Positions 52,525-64,000 of a DNA stretch of 64,000 nucleotides are shown here, one piece after another (the first letter of the stretch is position 1; the number at the start of each line of letters is the position of its first letter). The notes beneath the pieces were generated by a model. The model did not search any database, was not told the DNA's origin, and worked only from the letters and a program-made list of their open reading frames with translations. The stretch is from Rhizophagus irregularis (lineage: Eukaryota). Where the stretch lies: assembly GCF_026210795.1 (NCBI RefSeq), contig NC_089429.1, positions 6,200,001-6,264,000 of the forward strand, written 5' to 3'. The position numbers were made by a program, and so were the translations under genes.

Positions 52525-53709
52525 TCATACATATTGTTCCCTATTAAGTACATCTTTATCGGACATATTATTATTTTCTTTTGTAAAATAAATTTTTTTC
52601 AAATGTACACAATTTGAAAAAATATTACCAACTAAATTAAAATTAATAGGGTTAATGACCATAGTTAATCTTATTATCTTTGAACAATAATTAGATATAA
52701 TTCTAATTAAATTTTCATTTTCGATTCTATAATATCGAGACTCAAGTGTACGACATATCTTAATTTCTAAAATTTTGCCACCAGATCTTTCAATTATTAA
52801 GCATTCAATATTACATGGTAAGTATGAAGTTTCTAAATATTGTAAATTTGGAAAAAAGGACGTTCTTAAATAGAGCTCCCATTCTTGCCATTTTATACTA
52901 TTATAAAATTCACCATCATCATCATTATATAAGATTAAATATTGTAAGTTCTCCAATGATGGAAAAAATGTGGGTGAAATTAATGTGATTGATAATCTCA
53001 AAATGATTTTTTTTAACGTAATAGCATTTTTACTGATCATATCACTTAATTGTGTACATAAAAGTGGTAGATTATTTTTCATCCTAATAAATGAAATTAA
53101 ATCATCATCTTTACTATTTATTACTTCAAGATCTGTTATGTTTATGATTCCAAGACTAAATAAAAGTTCCGGATCCATATATTCTATATTTATTTTCAAT
53201 TGATGTATGCCGGAAAAAAATTCTTTTACATTTGGACATAATAAAAATAACCTCTTATTTTTAATCCAATCGAAATACTTAATATTTTTACATTTACTAA
53301 AAATCAAAAGATATATTTCAAATTCTAATAAGATTTTTTTGTAAACAGAAGGAGAATCCTTCTTAAATGAAAGTTGTACCATATCTTCAATCCAAATCGG
53401 TGAAAGATGGGTAAAAAAATCCATATAATTAAATAATAATTTATTTGAAATTGGATTTGAAGGTAAATTAATATTTAATTCGGACAACTTTTCTTTTGGT
53501 AGAAAATGAAAAATTACATTGTAAAGTTTTTTACGTGATTCTTTTTTATGAGCGTAAGGATTATAAGAATAAAAAAAATATTTCCATAAAATTGGTATTG
53601 CTAAACAACACCAAGTTCTGTTCACTAAAATGCATGAATATAACGAAGCGGGGTCAAACCGCAATTCAGTCAAGATTAATAAAAGAATATCATCGATAAG
53701 TTTCGTCAT
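52525..53709 (-). CDS. F-box-like/LRR protein, 394 aa, probably C-terminally truncated
   Basis: MTKLIDDILLLIL...LYSCILVNRTWCCLAIPILW and LLFNYMDF motifs. Shorter than its paralog, with coding-like sequence continuing out of frame after the stop. Confidence 0.7.
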   Translation of the reverse strand: MTKLIDDILLLILTELRFDPASLYSCILVNRTWCCLAIPILWKYFFYSYNPYAHKKESRKKLYNVIFHFLPKEKLSELNINLPSNPISNKLLFNYMDFFTHLSPIWIEDMVQLSFKKDSPSVYKKILLEFEIYLLIFSKCKNIKYFDWIKNKRLFLLCPNVKEFFSGIHQLKINIEYMDPELLFSLGIINITDLEVINSKDDDLISFIRMKNNLPLLCTQLSDMISKNAITLKKIILRLSITLISPTFFPSLENLQYLILYNDDDGEFYNSIKWQEWELYLRTSFFPNLQYLETSYLPCNIECLIIERSGGKILEIKICRTLESRYYRIENENLIRIISNYCSKIIRLTMVINPINFNLVGNIFSNCVHLKKIYFTKENNNMSDKDVLNREQYV

Positions 53710-54814
53710 TATTAATGAAGAAGGATAACGATAGAAATTATTAAATTGTGTAATAAAAATAAATAAATTCTGAAACGTTACGTTATTGAATACTAAATTG
53801 TACTGTAAAATAAAAGTATGAAACAGTATGAAACGATAAAATATAATTCATGCTTAATTTATAATGTTTGTTAAATTTATGGGTTGTACATGTGAGAAAC
53901 GAAAAAATATGAATTGATCTACTAACAATAAAAAAAACCCCTTTGTAAGAAGATCATTATCTCCTATTTCTTAATTTCTTGTATAATTATTGTATAAAAT
54001 TCTGATTATATGAAATATTTTGTTACAATTCAATAAGCTTGATTTGGAGTTCAAAAAATTATTTTATTAATTATAACGCTGATTGTTAAACTGATTGTTA
54101 AAATCATCATGCATAATTATCAATTTAAAGTGATCCAAATAACCTTCCATTTAGAGTTTTATTGAAATGTATAAGTACTTATATAATATTTCTAATTTTT
54201 TTAAGCCACTTATTTATTTATTTATGGAGTTTAATTTATTGAAGTGATTTGATCCATTTATGATTTTATTGAAAGTATTGAAAGTACATAATTTTCCTAT
54301 ATAACATGCCTAAAAAAAACTCCGGTAGATCTGAAAAAGCTCGGATATGGTCAATTTTCTAAGAAAAATTCTATAGGGCTATCAACTTTCAATAAAGATT
54401 TTTATGTCGTAATTATTAATTTGAACTATTGATTGTGTATAATTCTTTTTTGAAATTTCTTCAATCCTTTATAAAGAAATCCATTTTCAAATATCCGAAT
54501 CCATAACAAAAAAAGTAAATAAGTCATAGATTTTTATTGTTTCCAATTTTAGACGTTAATTAAATTGTAAGGTTTCACAATATGGATTTTTGAAACATAA
54601 TTATTATGACCGAGAAAGTCCATTGTTCGTATGTAGATCATTATTTTGTGGACGTACGAGTTGATGTAAATCGAAAGTTAATAACTGATAAGCCACGAAT
54701 AAAATCAGTAATATGTTCGTTATTGTCTTTGTGTTGTCTACATTCGACACGCCGTAGGGTAGCTAGCGAAGGACATTATACTTTATGTATATACTATGAT
54801 GTGTAAAAATTGAC

Positions 54815-54855
54815 AAATCACGTGGGATTTCCGTCGCGTCATTTCTGATTGGATA
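54815..54855 (+). promoter_or_regulatory. Possible promoter elements (CACGTG box, reverse CCAAT) upstream of the phosphatase-like gene
   Basis: TCACGTG and GATTGG in a CpG-retaining patch about 330 bp before the ATG. Motif presence only. Confidence 0.3.
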
Positions 54856-55173
54856 AATTGCGTCAAAGCCATCAAAACAAACGCTTGCCACGCTCCGGAC
54901 TCATAATGTTTTTAGTTGTTGATCATTTCCTTTTTTACTGACCAAAATAATCTATAAAATAGAACAAACCTCTGTAACGCTTTCTTCGTTTCTTCGTTTC
55001 TTCGTTATATCGTTTTATATCGTTATATACGTAAATTATTTATACACAAAATAAAATATTTCTAAGGCTTTTTACTTGATTTTTAAAAGTAAATAACGAA
55101 TATGTATAGTAAAAGTATGATGTTTGATATAAAAATTTAGTATATTAATTGTTATCATCGTTATTTTTTTAGC

Positions 55174-56163
55174 ATGTCAAATCCCGCTAGAACTATTACT
55201 GCTGAAAATATCGAAAATGAAACTGCGCATACTTATTATATAGAATATGTTAGTACCTCAAATTTATAACTTCTATAACTTCTCAAACACAAATTTGGTT
55301 CTAAATATTTAAATAAATATTTAAATTCTTTTAGGAAAAAAAACTTTCCAAACTTGCCTCCAGATTAGCCCATGGAGCTGAAAATCCAGCAGAGATAGTT
55401 ATGGATTTTTTATATATATCAGATGCGGCTACAGGAGCTAATAGTGACTTGTTAGCTCGATATAAGATTACACACATCATAAACGTCTCTCCGTGTGTAA
55501 ATTTTTTTGAAAAAAATGTTCCTCAAAAGTGAGTGATTAAATAAATAATATTTAATTTTATTTTATCTTTTTTTTTTATTAATTTTTTTTTTTAATTAGG
55601 TACCCTAATTGGGATCCTCCCAAATATTTAAGATTAAACACATCAGAAATAAATATAGCAGAATTTTTTGATGTAAGTATACTTTATAATTTTTAATAAT
55701 TATATGAATATTCTTGTTTGGATGATAATAACAATAATTAATTCTTATAAAATTTTTAGGTTTCGAATTTATTTATATATCAAGCAGCACAAGAAGGTGG
55801 TCGAGTTCTAATTTATTGCTGGACGGGAGCATCGGAATCTGCCACATTAATGTTAGCTTATTTAATGAACCATTATTGGCTCACCTATCAGGATGCTTTT
55901 AATTATTTAAACGGAAAATCGATTATAGATCCACACTCGACTTTCCGTTTACAATTAATTAATTACGAATTAGAATTATTAAGAGCTTGGAAGTTTCCGG
56001 TAAGTAAATAAATTTATTTTTGATTTGTTATTATAATCTTTAAATAATATATGTAAAAATAAAATACTAGGTTGACGATGATGATGACATTTCCGAGCGT
56101 GATGAATTAAAATTTGAAGATTATATAAATTATGACGATGAATCTGAGGAGATAACAAAATAG
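55174..56163 (+). CDS. Dual-specificity protein phosphatase-like protein, 224 aa; exons 55174-55248, 55335-55528, 55600-55672, 55760-55999, 56071-56163
   Basis: Four GT-AG introns give an open frame with PAEIVMDFLYIS, YKITHIINVS, GGRVLIYCWTGASESATLMLAYLM and IDPHSTFRLQLINYE, plus an acidic tail. Confidence 0.9.
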
Positions 56164-56299
56164 AAATTAAGTCATTATCAAATTTTTGTAAATAAATTTA
56201 TAATATTATATTTATTGTATTATCCGTAGTATTTTTTTTTTTTTTAAAAAAAATAAAGTAAAGCTCAATTTTACTCATTTTAAAATTCGTTAAAAAATA

Positions 56300-56545
56300 A
56301 AGAAAAAAAACATTAGTAATGTTTCTAAAACAAAAATAAATTAAAGAAATACCTTCATTTCACCCAATTTCAAAGTTTAAGAGGCTGTTCATAAAAAAGG
56401 AACGTTCAGTTAGTACGTTAGTAACGTTCCTAAAACAAAAATAAAATGTAAAAAATAAAAAGAAATACCTCTATTTCGCTCATTAAGGTTCAAGAGGCTG
56501 TTCCTGAAAAAGGAACGTTAACAATGTTCCTAAAACGAAAAATAA
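56300..56545 (-). repeat. Short micro-exon/hairpin-intron tandem array (2-3 units)
   Basis: Repeated AAGAGGCTGTTC..AAAAAGGAACGTT..AA(C/T)GTTCCTAAAAC...AAAGAAATACC. On minus this reads as GTATT donor, hairpin, T tract and acceptor. Confidence 0.7.
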
Positions 56546-57824
56546 TAATAATAAAAAAGAACAATGTGCGTCAGACAATCATTTGACATTTCGGCGTATC
56601 CTATTCAAGTTCATGTAAGTTGCATGGTTACGCATAAAAAATTTCCTGATGTTCATCGACGAAGGAAGGGTTTTTTTCAAAATTTATTAAATGAAATCGA
56701 ATATAATTTAAGTCGGTGGATTAGGTTTTTTTTATAATAGATATTAAATTTTCCTAATTTTAATGAGAGGAAATAGATACGGAGAAAGATTTTATATTAA
56801 CATTTTTATTAAGATAGAGGGGAAGTGTTTTTTTTTTTTCATGATTAACATTTCTCATGATTAATATTGAATTTTCTTTCATGAATTTAAATGTATGTCT
56901 GGAGGGAAGTATAGAAGAGGGTTTTCTTCTTAGGATTAGTATTGAAGAGTTGGGTAATCACCAATTTATATTGATCAAATGAGCACGTTTTGTCTATTTC
57001 TTCGGATGATGTTACAGACACCGAAATTGAAAAAATAACGATGAAACAAGAAGATATTTAAAGACTAGCGTAAAAGATGTTTTGGAAGGACGTTTATTAT
57101 GTAAGAATATCTTACAATATATTTAGGGAGTTTGGCTTAATACAAAGCAGCATCAATGTGAATCTATAGAAAAATAATGTTCCGTTCCGTTTCCAATTAT
57201 TTGCTAGGTACAAAAGAATGATCCTCTCGTAAGGTAATATACAGTATTTATATATGAACATGTATTCTTAAAATATTTTAAAAATAATAAAAAAGGACTA
57301 CTAGAAATTAATTAGATTTATCATAAATCAAATTTTATACGATTAGAATTATATATGAAAAGACGTGATCCGCTACTTTTTGATAATAAATTTTTTACCG
57401 ACTTAAATAATTAATGCATCGCGTGAAACTTTTTAAGATACATATTATGTTAAAATATAATTGAAATTTCATAAAATTTATTTATACGATAAATAAGAAA
57501 ACCGGATTAAATATACATGATAGAATTGCTATCATTCTCAGTTAAACGAGAAAATCTATACATGAAAATTTTTAATGCTATACTGCTATACTTTATAAAT
57601 TTAGAAATTGCTAGATAACTTGATAGACTTTGATGTTCAATAAAAAAAATTTTTAAAATTAAAAAAATTTTCCTAATCACTTTTATTATTTATTTAAGTA
57701 AAACAAATCAAAATTCAAAAATAATCTATATAATAAAAGCTTAAAATAGAAACATGGGTGTTAAAATTTCGATTAACCTCGTAATTTACCATCTAATAAT
57801 CCTGGAAGACATATTGAACGCACC

Positions 57825-58345
57825 TGTTTTCTACAAAAAGGAAAAAAATGAAACGTTAAAATGTTTCTTTAAGTAAATTCCAATCAAATCTTCTATTGCA
57901 ACATCCAAGTCCTCCAAACAATGTTGCTCTTAACCTGCACCTTTCAAAACGTTCAGGTAGGAGTATCTAGGGTTAAAGAAACGTTAGTAAAGGTCCTACT
58001 AACGTCCCCTAACTCCCAATTCCCAACGCCTATCTTTCATTCAGAATCCAAGGCCAAATCTTCGTTCAGACGTTCAAGTAGGTACAGTACCCACAAAAAA
58101 AAAGACAAAAGAAATGCTTATAAAGTTTATTAACATTCCCTAAATCACCACTCCCTAATTCCTACCTTCCATTGAAACCGATCTCAAGTTCTGAAGTCAA
58201 ATATCCAAGGCGTCCAGTAGGTACCTACAAAATAAAAAGAAATCAAAAGGAACATTAGTAAAATTGCATTAATGTTCCTTAAATCCTGCTTCTCCAAGTC
58301 TACTTTTTAACTAGAAAACTTCGAAGTTAGATGAACTTACTAATT
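57825..58345 (-). repeat. Diverged micro-exon/hairpin-intron array (about 4 units)
   Basis: Minus-strand intron-like ends GGAACATTA..TAATGTTCC-T tract-TAG, GACGTTAGTA..TACTAACGTTTC..TAG and GAAACATTTTAACGTTTC..TAG. Confidence 0.6.
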
Positions 58346-61134
58346 TCATTCGTCTTATACTTCGAAATTGGTATGGCTGGAAACGCTCAGATAGTACTTA
58401 AAACTTTTCTTTGAAAAAAAAAAATAAAAAAAAAATTTTTTTTTACAATTTTTTTTATTTTTTTTTAATAAAAAATAAAAAATAAAAATAATAAATAAAA
58501 CAATAACAATTTTTTTTTAATAATAATAAAAATAAAATAAAAATAAAAAAATAAAACAATTTTTTTTAATAAAAATAAAAAATAAAAAAATTTTTTTTTT
58601 CACCTTTTCTTTAAAAAAAATGATCGATAAAATTTATCAATCTCAATGGGGATCAAGTTTTTATATCCACCGTAGTATAAAATGCATTACTATACTATAC
58701 AACATCGGAGGTTATAATTATAACTATATTATCTATAATTTTCGAGGTAATGTTAAAAACTTATGGAGAAATATTAGATCTACATTCTGCAACAGTAGAG
58801 TTTAATTGCTGGAGGTTGGAATAGGGACTGCAAATGGTGTAACTCATTAGATGTACTTGAAGAATTAATATCACCTACTGTTTCTTTAGGATAGAAAGAT
58901 AAATGCTTATATAAATATACAGTATATATATATATATATTAATAAAATAAATTAAGATGATATATATATTTAAGAAAAGACGAGCCACCTACTTAGATTA
59001 TGTATCAAGCAATTACTCGGGAAGCGGTAAGATCTTTAAAATTTGCGAGGAGGTACAAGATATGGCAAAAAGAAAACCAAACCGAATTGATCCTAAATAT
59101 TTCACAAATTATTAAAAAGAATTTAATGTCGACATGTACCGTACGAATGCAATTACTCATGAATAATAATCAGACACGTACTTAAACATCCAACTTATTC
59201 ATCACGTTCAACTTCGATCTATCCGAACTACTCATCCAATAAGTATTATTCTGCATCGACACAACTGCCAGTCCAGTCCGAAGCCACCCTTATCACAACA
59301 GATCATATCATCGATTTCAACCATCAAGATAAGTATTTCTTTCTCATTTGCATGCTCTTTCTTTACTTGAAGCTTTATCGTTGGAAAAAACCAGTAATCG
59401 ACTTATTTTTGTTGCTACTTTGATAAATGGACTCCAATTATTTTGTTGCTTTAGTATCACTAGCATTAAGCTCATCCACTTGTGCCCTTGAGTATTTGTA
59501 ATAAGATGAACAGAAGATATTATTTTAATTCTGGAGTAATTGATCGTGGATTTTAATACCCTTTTGCTCACGTCTCGTTTTCTTGAAAGACGAAAGTTAT
59601 TCTGATTTAAATCGTCGTCGTCATTAATCTCCGTTTTTGAAAGTTTTTGGTAAAACTTGGAATTTCTTCGAGATGATGTTTAATCGTCAATTATCTTATG
59701 ATCATCATCAGCTGCTAGTCCATGTTCACACATCGTACGATATAAATCTAATTATATTCCCGTTATCGCCACTTGTCCAATATATTGTTTCATTATAATG
59801 ATCCCAGTTCATCAGCACTATTAATATAATATAACAAGATTTTCATTACTAAGTGCTTCTAACCGCAAGTAATAACGATAAATGTTTTTAAACCCTATAA
59901 AATCTGTGTCATATATTATTATACAATTTGGTGTACTTGAAGTTAAACTCTTTTGTTTTTATATAATCTATTTATTGTTACCATTGATCTTTTTCTTTAA
60001 AAAATGATGCCTAACAATTAATATTTTTTTTTAGGATAACGACATTGCAGTTATCTGTTTTTCTGTTGAACGCTTCCATTTCATTGTTATCCTGCTTATT
60101 ATCATTTCTAAACCAAAATATTATTATATATTACCCATTTCATCATTAGTTTTAGTAATTAATTGTTTTTTATATATAAGTCCTCATTATTATTATTAAT
60201 TTTGTACTTTTTAATATTGATAAATAATGAGAGTCAATTTTCAAAAGTTCGTAAATTACAAACGATTATATATCTAAGAACATTTTTGTTTATTTAACTT
60301 GTGATGTTTAGTCAAAATAGGATTGGCAAAATCTCCATAGATTTAGATTAGTGGATAATCTAAATTCCAAATGAATATTGTCGCTTACAGTGTATTACAT
60401 TACATATGCAAGGACTTCTAAAATAGAATCTGTCATGCAAAAACAAGTTTCAAATTTGGAAATTTGGAGCTTGCTAATCGAAATCTGTTGTACAGAATTT
60501 TTTATTGGTATATATTTACTGTATATCATCTTTAGCCGCTAGTTCTTTTGTAATAATTTTAACTAATGTAATTTCTTTTTTAGATATGTTGTTTATGAAA
60601 TTTGAGCCAGAATGCATAATATTTGGAGAATATGCAAATTTTTTTCTTCAAACTAAAACACTTAGGTGGCGTAACTGGTAAAGTGGCAATAAGAATTCTT
60701 AATACTCTATAGGGACGTTATGCGTTAGTTTTCTGCGATGGATATGATATGTTTGTACTGAAGAAAATACTTTTCTTCTAATTAATTAATAGACAAATTT
60801 TGAGCTAATCCTATTTGTTAATTTTAGTTTCTCCAATAATGATTCTTTAAGAGTTAATGATAACGATGTACTTTTACCGTCAATTGTTGAGAAAGATATT
60901 TGGACAAATTTCTGCAATTTAATATGTGGGTGACTCTTTTTTACGTAAAAAGATCTGTATATCTTTTCTTATTTTCTTGTAAATTCACAAAATAATATTT
61001 ACGTACAATAACAACAAAAAAAAATTCATTCATGTGATCAAGTTTAACGAAATATAAAATATATTATATACATAAATAAAATTTTAATCATTCACTATAA
61101 TTTTGGAAATATACTCATTAAAAAAAAAAATATA

Positions 61135-61385
61135 CCAGTTGGCCACTGCATATAGTATCCCCCAAAAATAGTACCCCATTATTAAGACCTGGGTATTATT
61201 CACCACCCATGCTACCTAGTTCTTGAATAATACCCGGGGTATAACCTTTAATAAATTATCACTTTTCATATAATTTATATCCAAATATAGTACCCGGTTC
61301 CTCACGAAGTACCCGCGGGTGCTATTCAATTTAAAATATCGAGTTCTTGAATAAGACCTTGGGTACTATATGCAGTGACCAACGG
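61135..61385. mobile_element. Tc1/mariner-type MITE, about 250 bp
   Basis: TIR CC(A)GTTGG(C/T)CACTGCATATAGTA(T/C)CC with a TA TSD on both sides. Confidence 0.85.
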
Positions 61386-64000
61386 TATTTTTTTTAAATC
61401 ATGTGAACAGTATCATATTTATCGCGTGACCAATTAATATTGTTTCTTATTGTTACAGAAAAATTTTTTTTTGGAAATGACTTTATTGAATTTTATAAAT
61501 CTGGAACAATCAAAATAAATTTCCCAGATGCTATTATATTTTTTTTTGTACTAAACTCTATTTAGAATTTCTTTTATTTAAAATCCTGTTTCCCAGACCA
61601 AATTATTTATTATTTTTTTTTTTATCTTTTAAATCATTATTAAAACATTACGCACTATAAGCCCTCTTTCCTGGTTTCTACTTTTTTTCACGAGGAATTT
61701 TCTAAAAAAATTTTTTTTATTGAATAATGAAACAATATTATCGGTTTCTTCTAAAATGGATTCATTTTTATTATCGGATCTAATTATCCAAAAAAAGAAA
61801 ATCCTACCGAATGCACGGGTGACAGGCGGATCTAAATTCCGAATTCCGAATTGTTCCTTGTTTTTTTTATAGTCACTAGTCACCCGAAAAAACTTAGTCA
61901 TTAAAATTCGTTAATTAATTCAATGACGAGGAATTTATTGATATATTTTTTATCATTGTATTAATAACTGATAGCGTTAATTAACAATTAAATTGCAATT
62001 GACTTGAGGAAGAATAAAGCCTTTATTTTTTTTGTTTTTATCAAAATTCCGCGATTCAAACGCATAAATGATTCATTAAGATAAAATTTCGAAAATAAAA
62101 AACGTCGATATAGCGCATAACTTTATTATATTAAATATTCTTTCGAATAAAGAATAAATAAAAAAATATGTAAAAAATATATTTTACATTTATTAACATT
62201 AACAAAGAAAATATTCGTTCGAATAAAGAATCGTAAAAATCGATAATTTAAAATACTTGATTTTCGAATTGAGTATGCCGTAACGCCGGGTAGTCGTATT
62301 TCGACACCGTTTTAACATTTTTAACTTTAATATTTATCTTTCTCATTTTATTATAGATTGCTGGTAAAGAAATGCGAGACTAAAATAAGAATTTCGATAT
62401 CATAATTATTACGATCATATTAAATCAATACTTACCCCAAGTCTTGGTATTAAAGCGAATAAAGGAATATCACAAATTTATCCAAATATTCCTTTAATAC
62501 TATCCATTATCTTTGTATAATATTATGCGCTTTAAATCGCATAAATTATTCAAAGAATTTTAGGGCTATCCGTAAATAAAAAAATATTTATTTAGATACT
62601 ATAAAAATCTTGATAAATTATTAACATTATTATTTATTGTTTGCTTTACCTGTGGATTAGGATCTTTAATCGTTAATACACGACGCTGAAATGAAGGAAT
62701 GTAGACGTCTAATATATTTAAGATCCAAGTCCCAGAATAATGATGGTGGACGGAGTAGCTCTATATATATTAAAAAAAAAAAAACTCTGTATGCTGATGT
62801 GACAATCAAGTGTATACGTTATAACTGTATATATTATCTTGTTCATGTAAGGTTATCTAGGCTTTATCAATACAATCGTATTTATTTACACAGTATATAG
62901 TAACAAGATTATATATTGTTACATATGTATTATATAATTTATATTATACATTTTTTTATAAAATGAAATTTTCAACTACGTACAATACATAAACATGTCT
63001 AACGTTCTCAATTAAATGAATTGTTCTTGTTTTTGTTATATAATATCTCAAGTTCGAATGGATTAAATTAAAATCCAAGTTCCAAGTTATCGGAATAAAT
63101 AAAACGAAAAAGCAAAAAAAAAAAAACGAAAAGAACGTCCTCTGGCAAGTCACAAAAGTCCTCTGGAATGTCACAAATGCACAACATTTTTTCGCCCGAC
63201 ATAATTTTAATCACATTTATTAGTTTGCACTATAAAAAAACGCCATCCTACCTTAGAAATTAAAGTTTTTATATAGTATAATTAATTATTAGACGCGAAT
63301 TAACTTTTTTTGATCATTAATTTTCTTATCATGTGCAAAGATCATATGTAAAAAGTTCTTATCAATAAAATTATTAATTAAAGTTTTTGCTCTGATACGT
63401 TCTTTCCTTTATCAATCTAGAAAAAATGAGTTTTGATAGAAAGGAGAAAGAGAACTCACAGCGGAAAACCCAAAATAAGTTAATTCATTGAGAAAAAATT
63501 TTCATTTAAACAATCAAAAGTAGATTATATCAGTTTCATACATACTCATCAATTAGCAAGAGATAATCTGATATGTACAATACAAAGATATCATATAAAA
63601 TTATTAAAAGGGGAAGACGGCAACGACGGAAATACCAAATTAAGTTAATTTATTGAGAAAATAATAATGAATTTGTAGGAATAAGTTTCCCGATAAGTAA
63701 AGTTATTACTATTAAAGAGATTAATCTGAATGTAACCCGAATTTGATGGAAGGGTAAAATATCGGTCAATACGAGACTGCATCTAATCCATTGTCCCACT
63801 ATTGACTGTTTATGTTACCCTCCCATTTAATAACTGTATTATTATGCATGCCACTCAAGGTCATGTCTAATTTTAAGTTATTTTATAAATGTTTAGTTTT
63901 TTAAATAAATAACGTGTTGTAACCAATATTTTAATCCCACCTTCTAATAGGATATTTATGTTTTACTATATGATGAATTATTCAGCATATTTTATTTTTA

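Noticed and set aside
58700..61000. Protein kinase or other gene (DKGGFG-like piece on minus)
   Set aside because: Too decayed, with no further motifs in the right order.

Overview
AT-rich eukaryotic genomic DNA with short GT-AG introns. The gene families and transposon types suggest a Glomeromycotina fungus such as Rhizophagus (my inference). The window is dominated by transposons. It holds an apparently intact autonomous Helitron (10969-18559, minus) encoding a two-exon 1472-aa Rep/Pif1-helicase, and a non-autonomous Helitron (4176-6114). It also holds three hAT elements with 8-bp TSDs, several other MITEs, decayed Tc1 and Mutator transposases, and three LINE 3' remnants. Host-type genes are five F-box/LRR-like paralogs (one clearly intact), a five-exon dual-specificity-phosphatase-like gene lacking the CX5R arginine, a MITE-riddled GPCR-like pseudogene and an intron-retaining SF3B4 pseudogene. 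The most unusual signal is a recurrent class of apparently non-coding tandem micro-exon/intron arrays, many with a hairpin over the branch point. The array inside the Helitron carries unique foreign inserts in its exons and lies near a ~370-bp G-U-rich structured island upstream of RepHel. No tRNA, rRNA or CRISPR array was seen. All calls were made by eye, without database searches.
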